NCBI RefSeq assembly: GCF_000315625.1
Contig: NW_005434657.1
Coordinates: 535,319 to 599,318 of the forward strand
Length of the DNA stretch: 64,000 bases
Source of the DNA: Guillardia theta CCMP2712
Taxonomy: Eukaryota > Protista > Cryptophyta
Reading direction: 5' to 3'
The notes under the pieces are model-generated. The model searched no databases. It saw only the letters and a list, made by a program, of their open reading frames with translations, and was not told the DNA's origin. The translations under genes and the position numbers were made by a program. Positions 11,515 through 22,311 of this stretch are shown here, piece by piece (position 1 is the stretch's first letter; each line of letters starts with the position of its first letter).

Positions 11515-14201
11515 ATGATCGATGCCTCTTGTCCTTTCATTCTCGTCCTGAAAGCTTCTCCTTCTGATGACTTCGAGGGAGTCGACAGGAAGTTGGTCAA
11601 CGGAAAGACTGCCATCCCTCTGATCCCGAAGGATCCGAGATCAAAGTGCTTGTGAGTTTCATCTTGTATCTCCTCCTCAGCGTGTAGTTCTATCCTACCT
11701 CCTCTTTCCTTGAATTCATGTCTGCCCTCCTTCCTTGTGCTCCCACCTCCTCTTACCTTCCCTCGCTTACTCTCCCGCCAGCACCTTCGGACGCGACTCC
11801 AGATCCTGCCTGCGGCTGCGCTGGGACGGCATCTCGCGAGCTCACGCGTGGGTAGACTCGTCAGAAGGAGAGTACGAGCTCGTGTGCAACGGGAGCGGCA
11901 ACGGGACCTTCCTCAACGGCACGCGCGTCTGCCGCCAAGTCCTCAAGCATGGTGACGTCATCGGGTTCGGGCATGGGCACGACGTGAGCGAGGGGAGGAT
12001 GCTGCATCCCTCAGCGATCGTCTACGAGTTCGAGTTCCATCATCCTCCTCCCGCGTCTCCTCGCGAGGCTCTGCGGGAAATCGTTTCCAACACCGAGCCT
12101 GTCGTCTCCTCCTCGAAAGGCGCAAGGGAGGAGGAGCGTCCCAGGAGTTCCGAACTTCCTGTTCCGGCTGCCCGCTCCTCGGGAAACAGCTGGCTGACTG
12201 CTGAGGAAGAGATCAGAGCTCTCAAGGAGCAGCTCGTGTCGAGCAAGCTGGTGCCTGCTGATGTCAGCCAACAACAAAGAGCGTTTGGCAGTCCTTCGAA
12301 ACAGGAGATGAAGCGCGAGGAGGGGGAGAGGAGGGAGAAGTTGGACGGCTCTCCTGACAAGTGGAAAGTCAAAATGGAGGAACTTCAGCAGGAGCTTCAG
12401 GCAGAGCAGAGCAAGAGGATCCGTGCCGAGCAGCAGGTGGTGCTACGGGAGGCGGCAGCAAAGAAGATGGAGGCGGCAGCGGCAGAGGCGGCAGGATCAG
12501 CAAGGATCGCGCTGCAGCAGGCGATGGGGAAGATGTCGGAGACGGCGGAGGGAGCGAAGTTGATGCACGCGAGCGTTCAGAAGGCGTTTGACGCCCAGAT
12601 GACGCTGAGAGACCTGACGATCGCAGAGCTGAGGAGACAGAGCACTCTCCTGCACAAGGTTAGGAAGGGGCTGGGAGGAGAGAGAAGGGAGGGGAGAACA
12701 GAGGAGAACAGGCGAGGGGAGAGCAGAGGAGGACAGGGGAGAGGAGAGGGGGAGGACACAAGGGGCAAAGACATAAGACTGAAGGATGTTGCCTTGCAGG
12801 ACCTTGAAGAGACGAGAGAGCTGGTGGCGAGGAGGAATAAGGCGGAGGCGGAGGTGAAAGACTGCTGGAGGAGGAGAGGTTGCCTCACTCCTGCTCACAG
12901 AAGATAGTGAGGACAGCTATCGAGACGTCTCGTGCAAGGATCGAAGAGCTCGAGGAGGCGTTGAGGACAGCGCAGGCGCGGGAGGCTGAAGAGAAGGTGA
13001 GGGAGGGAGGGAGGGAGGCGTGAGGTGAAGTCGAGGCAGGAGAGGAGCTCGAGGCTCGAGATGATGATGGAAGACGCCAGACTGATCGAGAAGGAGTCTG
13101 GAAAGTCGCAAGTGCATGAGCTGAACAAGCTCATTCTCAAGCTTCAGTCCGACGTGTCAGCACGCGAGGTCCCCTCCTCCTCTGACCTCAACTCATTCTC
13201 TACTTCTCCCTCGTTCTCCTTCCTTCTCCTCCGTCTCCCCTCCTTCTCGCTCCCCTCTCTTTCTCCCTCTCACCTCAAGCTTTCACCATTCTCCCCACCA
13301 TCATCCACACGCTTTTCTCTCCCAAACTTTCGCTTCTGTTTCTCTTGCTCTACTTATCGTCGTCCTGCAGGAGGACCTCTCCGCAAGGCAACGCGCGTGG
13401 GAGGAGGAGCGAAGCAGTTTGCGGGTTAGTCTGGCCCTTACTTTCGGTCAGCTGAGAGATGATGCAGTTTCAACTGGACGAGGAAAGGACGAGAGTTGGG
13501 GAACTGCAAGAAGAGGTCTGTGCTCACTGCCGCTCGCCAGCTCGTTCCTGACCGGGAGGCAGGTGGGGAGGCTGCAGGGGGAGGCAAGCAGGGGGAGGAT
13601 GAGCGAGGCAGCGGGCAAGGACAGGGACGCGAGGCTGCGGAGCCTGCAAGAGGAGCTGGTGGAGAAGGAGAATGCACTTGTGGCGCAGAGAACGAAGTTT
13701 GCATCCACAATGGAGAAGGCGAAGGCGAAGATGCAGGAGGCGGTGGCGAGGAACGACCAGGCGCTGGCGCTGGCGCAGGCAGAGGCGCTGGAGCTAAGGA
13801 ACGTGAGAGACGCTCTGAAGATGGAGAAGGAGACGCTGCGGGAGAGGGTAAGGCAGCTTGAAGACCTTTTGCTGGAGGAGAAGCAGGTAAGGAGGAGAGA
13901 AAGGTGTGCGGGAGGTGACGGAGGAGGTGGCAGGGGAAGGAGAGGCTGCATAGTGAGATGGAGAGGAGGCTGAAGGAGCTGAAGAGCAAGTGTGAGAGGG
14001 CGGAAGAAGGTACCTTGCTCGGGGAGGTGGCTTCACTCAAGGAGCAGCTGGGAAGGAAGGAGGAGGAGAAGGAGCAGGCGATGCAGAAGGCTGCGGCTGA
14101 ATTTGACAAGGAGAGGACAAGACTTCAGAGAATGATGGCAAATGCACAGGTCCGAGAGATGAATGTGATGACTGAAACGATGGTGATGGTGGTAGAGATA
14201 T

Positions 14202-14233
<32 letters not shown>

Positions 14234-17200
14234 CGATGACGATGACGATGTGAAAAGAAAACTAATTCTAATGGGAATGTTGATGACAACGACGTCGATC
14301 ACTACCGCTGTAAGAATGACGGTGACGACACAGAATGAGAGCAAGAGCGCTCAAAAGATTGCAGAGGCAGCCAACTCAGCAAAAGCTTCAGCGATGGAGA
14401 ACAGCAAGAAGTTGGAGATCGAGCTTTCATCAGTCAAGAGGGAGGTGAGACGAGCAGGAGCGAGGCAGAGATGTCAAGAGCTCCTTGACTTGTTCTCTCT
14501 GTAGATCAAGACGCTCAAGGGTCGGAGCAACGAGAAGGAGAGCGCGAGGGTCAAGGCACTGCAGGAGGAACTTCAGAGGCTGAAGCAGCAGAAGGAAAAC
14601 CTTGAAGACCAGATGCATCAGCATGTCAACGCTGAGAAGAGGGTGATCAATCCTCCTCCTCCTCCTCCTCCCTGTCCTCCTTTTTGCCTCCTCCCTCCTC
14701 CCTCTTCCCTCATCTCCTTCTCTCCTCCTTCTCGCTTCCTTCTCTCCTCCTCCTCCTCTTCTCCAAATCTTCCTCTACCCTCCTCCTGGAACTCTGGGCT
14801 TTCTGTTGTTTCTCTTCCTCCCTTTGCCTCTCTTTCGCTTTCATCTCCTGCTCCTCACACGAACTAGGACAAGGAAATCATCGCCAAGCTGAAAGCAAGA
14901 ACAGAATCTCTTACATCACAGGTGAGTGACCTCCTCGCTTCCCTCCCTCCCTCCCTCCCTTCCCTCCCTCCCTCCCTCCTCTCTCATCACTTGCACCTTG
15001 CAGGTTGAGACTCTACAAAAGAGCAGAGAAGCATCGGAGGTGTCACAGGCGAAGATGTCGCGATCAGACGTCTCCTCCTCCTTGTTCAGCGGCTCCTCCC
15101 ACACGGCAGAAGAATACCAGCAGCACATCTTCCTCCTCGAGAAGCGACTGTCAGAAATGGTGCAGCAGCTGTCCAGGCAGCAACAAGCGCTCGAGGTGAG
15201 GAGAACAGGAGAAGCGGAGGATGAAACCGAGGGAGCAGAGGGAAGGGAGAGGGAGAGGGAGAGGGAGGGAGGGGGGGGTGGAGGATGAGAGGGAGAGGGA
15301 GGAGGGGGGGCAAGAGGAAATCTGGTGGTACTGACATAGAGCCATGGAAGGAGAGCAAGAGAGAGGCAGCAGAGGCGCGCGAGGAGGTCGAGAAGCTGCA
15401 GGACGAGCAGGAGAGTTTAAAACTTCTCCCTGCTCTCCTCCGAGAGGCCGAGCGGGCTAGGGTATTCCCCGACCCCCGCAAACTTCTGCTGCTGATCGCG
15501 CACAGGACGAGGCAGTTGGAAGGCTGGGGGAGGCGCTGCATGAAGGGAAGAGGGCGAGAAGGGAGGAGACGAAGACGTCGGAGCGGAAGACCGAGGACGC
15601 GCAGGTGAAGTTGCGAGGGCGAGGAAGCGCTAGAGGTTGACGATGGTGAAGGTGCGCAAGGAGAATGACATGCTGAGAGAGGAGATCTCGCGTATGAAAC
15701 TTCAAAATCAGGCTCGTGAGGAGGTTTTCTACTCCTTCCCGCCCTGTCCTCTCCTCATCCCTCTCGTCCCCAACCTTCTCTCGCCCCTGCTAAACTCTTT
15801 GCTGCCGCATACCCCACCCCCAACCCTCTCTCCTGCTCTGCTGCCGTGCTCCTTGGTTGCTCTTCCCTTCTCTCCCCTCCCTTTCCTCCTCCTCCCACCG
15901 TCCCGTTAACTAGCCTCTCAGTATGTCGAGGGCTTGCGTAAGGAATTGGCGGAGAGGACGGCAAGAGCGGAACAGGAGAGCAAGAGAAGGACAGACGAGG
16001 CCACGAGCTCAGGAGAACATAGAGGAGAGGAACAGACGAAGGAACCCTCCTCCTCTTCATCATCCTCCTCCCTCCCTCCCTCCCGGCCCAACTTTCCAAA
16101 CCGGAGCAGCATCATCGAGACTGACAAGACGGACGAGGCGCCGACGCCTCCCCGGGACTTCCGCCGGAGGGTCCCAACGCCCTCAGCTGCTCCCCAGCTG
16201 ATCTCCGACTCTTCCCTCATGTTCGAGGCCACCTTCCAGGCTGGAGGAGGTGAGAAACAGGACCCCCTAGCTGGGGGAGGAGCTGGTCAAGACCCTCCAG
16301 CTGGGGGTGGAGGGCGGCAGGGGAGGCTGCATGCTGGGCTTGTGGTGGACGCGCACGACGAGTCTGTCAACTCGCTCTGCCAGCTAGACGGGTTCGATGG
16401 CAACAGCTTCGCCACCGTCTCCTCCGACAGGAGTCTGAGGTTGTGGAACGGCAAGACAGGAGAGCTTCTCCTCCGCGTCTCCCTTGGCTCCAAGGGCACC
16501 AGCCTGTCTGCTGCCTGCCTGCCGAAGGAAGCATTCCTCGCCGCCGGCTCCTCGGAGGGCAAGATCTACCTGTTCCATGGGATCAGAGGACAAGGATGGA
16601 TGCTCCACGAGCGACTGGAGGCTCAAGATGGTGAAGTGAAGGTGGGAGTCAGACGCTGCTCCTATGCCATTGACAACACAGCCCTTCCCCTCTTCATCCT
16701 CTCCTCTCCTCTCTCTCCTTTTCTCCTTCTTTCCTCTGTTCATCTCTCCTCCTCCTCTCTCATTGTCCTCCTCCTCCTCTCTCCTGCTGTCTCTCATGCT
16801 TCCCAGGCTGTTGCCCTCTCCATCAACGCCGAGTTCCTCGCCTCGGGCAGCGCAGACAAGGCAGTGCTGCTATGGAGGCGCAGGGAGCAGCAGTGGCAAC
16901 GAGTCGCGAGCATCGCCGGGCATGCAGGCAAGAAGCGCGAGACTGAGTCGCTCCTCTCACTCGTGGACATGCGACAGGGTCAGTCGTCTCTCTGGCCTTC
17001 CATCCCCTCGATCCTTTCTGCCTCGCCTCAGGGTCTTACGACCGCACAGTGCGGATGTGGAGGCTCGTGGAGGAGGGAGGAGGCGCAAAGCTTGCCGTGC
17101 AGGAGCTTCACAAGCTCAGTGGCCATTCACACTGGGTGAGGAGGTGGAAGAAGAGGGAGGGAGAGGAGGAGGAGGAGGAGGAGGAGGAGGAGGAGGAGGA

Positions 17201-17775
17201 GGAAAAGGAGGAGGAGGGCAGAGGAGGAAGTGGAGGAGGAGGGGAGGGGAACAAGGAGGGAGAAGAGAAAGTCTCTGATCCTCACGTCCAACAGGTCATG
17301 TCGCTCGCCTTCTCCTCTGACGGCTTGAGACTCGCGTCTGCTTCCTACGATCGCACGGTGAAAGTTTGGGACCTGCAGCAGGGGAGCGTCACACACACGC
17401 TGACAGGACATGCTGGTGACCACACTCACCATCCTCCTCCTCCTCCTCCTCCTCCTCCTTCTCATCCTCCTTATCCTCCTCTCTTCGTCGTGTCATGTGA
17501 TGGATGACGCCAGATCGGGTGACTTCCGTCGCTTTTCTCCCCGGGGGAGGAGAGATCGTCTCTGGCAGCTACGACCGGACCATCCGACGGTGGCGCCTCA
17601 ACGGAGGGGAGGAAGTGGAGCAGCACGAGAAGCATGTCGGGGAGGTGAAGGTGAGCAGAGGAAGCAGTCAGTGCATGCAGCTGCTGAAGTTCATGCCCAG
17701 TGCGTCTGCGTCACACCAGGGGGGCGCTTGCTGTCGGGAGCTGCGGATAGAAGGATAATCGTGTGGCAGGGGCTA

Positions 17776-17819
<44 letters not shown>

Positions 17820-17853
17820 AGAGGACGGGGAGGAGGAGCTTGTCAACATTTGA
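11515..17853 (+). CDS. FHA domain + long coiled coil + C-terminal WD40 repeat protein
   Basis: FHA motifs TFGRD...GISRAHA...SGNGTFLNG...LKHGDVIGFG after an intron at ~11652-11781. Coiled-coil exons span 12200-16000. WD40 repeats: AHDESVNSL..SSDRSLRLW, LASGSADKAVLLW, LASGSYDRTVRMW, LASASYDRTVKVWD, IVSGSYDRTIRRW, LLSGAADRRIIVW. Ends EEELVNI*. Confidence 0.75.
14201..14250 (+). repeat. (GAC/GAT)n intronic microsatellite
   Basis: tgacgatgacgatgacgatgacgacgatgatgac... seen directly. Confidence 0.9.
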
Positions 17854-18216
17854 ATGAAACCACTTACTGTCAGATCTGGGTGTTCATTCTGCTGAGAAGA
17901 GTTGAGGTGATTGCTTACTCTGGTGATTGCTCTGGTGATCGCTCAGGTTCAGCTGGGACCGTTCAGTAGGGCCCCCGGGCCCGGCGTTGACCTGCCGCGC
18001 CCTTGCCAGGGGCCCGGCGTTCGGACGGCCGCCGGGCGCCGGGCCCGTTGAATCTGGGCCCGAATGATAATGAGGGACTGAATGAGGGCAGAATGAGGGG
18101 GATGAACAATTGGTTGTGCGGGGATGAGGTATTAGAATTTCGTCATCGGCATGGTGAGATCTGAGATCATCAGAACGACAGCAAGCATGCAAGCTCGTGC
18201 GTTCGCTCTTCCACCA

Positions 18217-18245
18217 CCTGCTCCTGCTCCTGCTCCTGATCCTGA

Positions 18246-18289
<44 letters not shown>

Positions 18290-18410
18290 ATGCTCATGCT
18301 CATGCTCCTGCTCCTGCTCTCGCTCCTGCTCCCGCTCCTGCTCCTGCTCCCGCTCCTGCTCCCGCTCCCGCTCCTGCTCCCGCTCCCGCTCCTGCTCCTG
18401 CTCCCGCTCC
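18217..18410 (+). repeat. (CCTGCT)n hexamer microsatellite
   Basis: About 30 copies of cctgct/cccgct/catgct. Confidence 0.95.
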
Positions 18411-18758
18411 TCCCACTCCTTCTCTCCTCCTTTCTCCTCCCTCCACTCCCTCCCTTCACTCCCCTCCCTCCACTCCCTCCATCATTCCTCCCTCTTCCTG
18501 CCTTTCTCCCTCCCTCCCACTCCTTTCTCCTTCTCTCCCTCTTTCTCTCGTCCCTGGTAGTCTGCGTTCTCTTCCTCATCCCTTTCCCCACCATACCATC
18601 TTCTCTTTGCCTGCGCTGCCCCAAGAGGCAAGAGGCCCTGTCTTCATCGAGCAAGAGGCTTTCATCCTTTCATCTCTCACGCCCAGGACCGTGCTGTGCT
18701 TCTCCTTCCCTTACATGTTAGATCTTTGAACTGCCTCGACGTGCAATCATTGTAAGCA

Positions 18759-19572
18759 ATGGTCTGCTTGATGTTGTTCCCTTTCACCTTCTCCCTGGTG
18801 CTTCTTACCCATTACATTCTTCCATGTATCTTGCTGACTACAATCCTCAAGCGTTTCCGGTGCTTTGGGGATTTGGATGCTCCGGATTGGATCCTGGCCG
18901 AGATCGCGTATCTATCAAAGATAGTGAGACTTTTGAATGCACTTTCTCGCGTGATGTAGCCATGTAACACCTCTGATCTGACAGTCCTCTGTGCGCATGA
19001 AACTCATAGCGTCTCAAGTGATCGCCAGCATGAAGGGCCAGCCCCTAGATTACGTCAAGATTGCGAAGCTGACGGGAGACGCGGGGTTTGAGGTCTCGCA
19101 GGTGAAGGCAGCAGTTGCTGTCCTTGAGTACATCCTGACGAACGCGGCGAAATACGATTGTGACGCGAATGTGCTGGAGACGGAGTTACAGCAGCTGGGG
19201 TTGCCGAAGGAGCATACTACAGCACTGTCACGCCCTTACAAAGAGAGCCAAGAGAGCCTGCGGCATCATCTTGCGAACCAGACGCTGAAGCTGCCAGGAC
19301 TCACCAAGGTTGACTGGAGGTCGGAGGCAGTCTTAGGCTCGAGCTTGGGTAAGGACGTGCGTTCAGTCTCCGGTCATCTTCTCCTGGAAACCGGAGGCCG
19401 CAAGGTGAGCTATCTACATTTTTATGTTGCGCTGACTGTTCTCGCTGCCTTCTGCTTGTGGTGATGATGCATGCAGGTCGGTTTCGAGATCTCACAAGAC
19501 AAGCTGACGGCCTTGCATGGGGAACTGCTAGCAGCGAAATCTTTGATGGACAGTGTCAAGAACGGAATTTAA
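18759..19572 (+). CDS. COMMD4: COMM domain-containing protein 4
   Basis: ATG 18759, intron to 18851, then [36 protein letters not shown]...KLTGDAGFEVSQVKAAVAVLEYILTNAAKYD...ELQQLGLPKEH...VDWR. This closely matches COMMD4 (MRFRFCGDLDCPDWVLAEI...ELQQLGLPKEH). TAA at 19570-19572. Confidence 0.93.
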
Positions 19573-19786
19573 TCTCCCTGTACAAAATTAAACATAACGT
19601 CTGATAGTCATCCCTCGTGAGTTTCGTATCGCATCGTTCACGACTCTCAGCATCGTAAAGATTTTATCCATCGACGTGCAATACAAGATTTCATTTCCAA
19701 TCTAAATTGGAAGCAGGCTGAAAGGCATTCAGTGCGGACAATGTTTAAAACCAGCTGAAAAAGCTACAACAAAACTTGAAATCATT

Positions 19787-21604
19787 TCACACTGGGACAA
19801 CCTGAGCGTTGTTCATATTCCGCAGCACCAGCGTCATGTTCTCTGGCTTGACGGCGATGATTGTTCTGGTCCCCCGATTGCGAGGATCGGGCAGTTCAAC
19901 CTGAAACCTCCCCGTGCTCAGGCACTCCCGGACGATCCCTATCCTAGCGTTGTACTCCACCTTGCCGCAGAGCCCTTGGATGCTCACGTGATCGCCGGGC
20001 GTAAACCTCGGCTCCTCGTCCTCGGGCTCCGGTGGCTGCTGGTTCATAGCGAGGTTGCAATCCTGGAGGAGCGACAAGATCTTCCGCCCGTTGTCATCGC
20101 CATGACGGTACATACCCAAGTATCCAAACTGCGGATGCTTGCACTTGTCCCATGTCGACTTGGCCAGACCCAGTTTGAGCCCAGGCTCTCCAGCCTCTTT
20201 GATCTTGTTGTTAACAACTCTGATTTGCTCCAGCGCTGCCGTTGCCACGGCCCCGTAGTCCCCGAGGAAAGAGTTTCTGTTCTCGTTGGGCTCTCGTAGG
20301 AGCAGCATCGCGGCATCTAGGATTCCCGTGTCTCGCAAGATATCGAAGAGCACGCCGTCGCTCAAGGAGGGCCTTGCCGGGTCAGCTCGAGCTTTCCCCC
20401 TCCTCTCCTCCCATTGAATGGAAGCATGCATCCTGCTCCTGGCGTCCCACTCATAAAAGGCCTTGGGCCACTCGCTTCTGCTGCAGTCAAGGATGAGCGA
20501 GGCGACTTTGTTCTCATCGAGAGCCCGGAAGAAGCATCTGGGGTCAGCCTGGTAGCAATCCTGCAACGAGATCAACTCGTGCACAGCATCCGCGTACGTC
20601 TCGACGACTTTGCAGCGGAGCTGGAAGTGGATGGGTTGGTTGGGTCTCAGTCTCTTCAGCTCTTCCATTGTCTCAAGTCGATGCTGCCCGTCAATGACAT
20701 AGAATTTGGCTTTCGTTCCACACTCACTCGTGTCGTCGTGCGCTACTGCAATCAAGGATATGGTTCCAAAGTCACGATATCGCCCGAGGTCCTGGAGGGA
20801 TGTCAAGTTCACACGAACGCGGTTGGATACAACATCATGATTGACTGCACGATTGGTCCCCATGTATTGAAACTCGCAGTTCATCGAGAGGTACTCGGCG
20901 AAGCCGATATAGGTTCGGATGTTCTCGCTGCAGAGCAGGCGGTTCTGGGAGGCCAACTCCCCCAACAACATCCTTGCAGTGAACGCGTCTCGGCTAAACC
21001 CATTGCTCTGCATGCCTTGATGCTGCATGCCAGCAAACTGAGCACCCACTGCCTGCAGTGCCCCAGGGTGCGAAGGCTCATGATGAGGACGAGGCTGAGG
21101 AGGCGAAAAATGAGGTGAAGGCTGTGGATGCTGTGGATGCTGCTGAGGTTCCTGAGGCTGTGAATGCTGCTGAGGCTGTTGAGATGGATTGGAAGGGGCT
21201 GGTGGGTCCTTGAAGAGGACAGAGCTGGCAAGTTCCCACAGCTGATTGATGCTCTGAGTCGCTCGGGTCCTCTCCGCCTCGAGATCACCGTACTTGTCAG
21301 GATGCCATATCTTGAGCAACCTGCGTCTTTCTGCTGTTGCAATCTCAATGATCTCCGTCCGAGTTTCGCCATTCAGCTCAAGCAGCTCCAACCCCTCCAA
21401 CCCGAACACGCTTCTCCATTCCCCCCTTGACGCCTGCTGGGTCAACTTCTCCGCGTCTCTCCTCAGGCTTTCCCTCCCTCCTTGGTTGTATTTCTCCCCC
21501 ATGGAAGAAGCGAACTGCTCGCTGGACTTGAACCCTCCGCCCGTTCTCCTCCTGCTCCTCTCCCTCCCCGCACCCCATTCGTCATCGTCCTTCCTTTTCG
21601 ACAT
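19787..21604 (-). CDS. Intronless 605-aa protein: J-domain (HPD) + Q/P/H linker + DGQHR (ParB/Srx-like) domain + C-terminal SH3/KOW-like module
   Basis: Single uninterrupted ORF. Motifs: RRRLLKIWHPDKY (HPD at 21296-21304); FYVIDGQHRLETM (DGQHR at 20678-20692); FTPGDHVSIQGL..YNARIGIV..GRFQVEL..IAVKPENM. Confidence 0.85.
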   Translation of the reverse strand: MSKRKDDDEWGAGRERSRRRTGGGFKSSEQFASSMGEKYNQGGRESLRRDAEKLTQQASRGEWRSVFGLEGLELLELNGETRTEIIEIATAERRRLLKIWHPDKYGDLEAERTRATQSINQLWELASSVLFKDPPAPSNPSQQPQQHSQPQEPQQHPQHPQPSPHFSPPQPRPHHEPSHPGALQAVGAQFAGMQHQGMQSNGFSRDAFTARMLLGELASQNRLLCSENIRTYIGFAEYLSMNCEFQYMGTNRAVNHDVVSNRVRVNLTSLQDLGRYRDFGTISLIAVAHDDTSECGTKAKFYVIDGQHRLETMEELKRLRPNQPIHFQLRCKVVETYADAVHELISLQDCYQADPRCFFRALDENKVASLILDCSRSEWPKAFYEWDARSRMHASIQWEERRGKARADPARPSLSDGVLFDILRDTGILDAAMLLLREPNENRNSFLGDYGAVATAALEQIRVVNNKIKEAGEPGLKLGLAKSTWDKCKHPQFGYLGMYRHGDDNGRKILSLLQDCNLAMNQQPPEPEDEEPRFTPGDHVSIQGLCGKVEYNARIGIVRECLSTGRFQVELPDPRNRGTRTIIAVKPENMTLVLRNMNNAQVVPV

Positions 21605-22311
21605 TTCTCAGATCGGTCGCCCAACATTCGGGTCACAACACCTAAGGTCAGAGAGGGGAAGCGGGCAAACACCGTTACGAAAAGGATGAAAGTGTAACGT
21701 GCGTTGACTCTTCGACATGCCACAAATATAGGCTGGCATGGGCAACGAGGGGAGCGGAGGACACAGTGGCAGGAGCATCAGTAGCATCAGGAACGGCTGA
21801 GGAGGAGGATTAGGAGGAGGAAGAGGAGGAAGAGGAGGAGGAGGAGAAAGCAGGAGGGTTGGACGGATCAACAAGGAGTGCAGAATGTTGAAGGGAAGGA
21901 TTACAAGATGGTCTTAGAAGAAAAAGCTTAATGAAGGATGAGAGGAAAGTCTGAGAGCTTGGAGTGCTTAGGAAAGGATGCAGAATCCATGTCGTAATGC
22001 TGAACCAGGTTTCATTGCTGGATCTTGCCGGCGACGCATCGCAGGGAAAGATTCGCTCGCACTTGCAATAGATTCATCGGGTTGCGATGAACCATAGCAA
22101 GTCAAGCGACCAACACGCCAAACGGGCACTGTTTGGCTTCATTTCTTTAGGCAAGATAACCATCGTAATATGTTTTCTTTCTCCGTAACACATGACTCTA
22201 CAGGAATATTTTTAGTATCCCTTGTGGTTTCCCGATCGTCTGTTTCTCCATTTTCTCTCCAGGTTCTTTGAACTGACGCGCTCACATTTGTTCATCTCCT
22301 AAACCGTACTT

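Noticed and set aside
13438-14109. Long Ser/Pro-rich minus-strand ORFs
   Set aside because: Antisense to Glu/Lys/Ala coiled-coil exons of the FHA-WD40 gene.
17884-18729. ORFs encoding poly-PA, poly-L or RS-repeat (SR-like) proteins
   Set aside because: All are translations of the (CCTGCT)n microsatellite and CT-rich tract, which have few stops in any frame.
19976-21430. Plus-strand ORFs (e.g. 20414-21118, 234 aa) overlapping the DGQHR gene
   Set aside because: Antisense shadows of a GC-rich coding sequence, with no motifs.
19787-21604. A complete Dnd phosphorothioation or ParABS system
   Set aside because: No dndA/C/D/E, parA or parS-like partners are visible; only the DGQHR-type domain is present, amid ordinary spliced eukaryotic genes.
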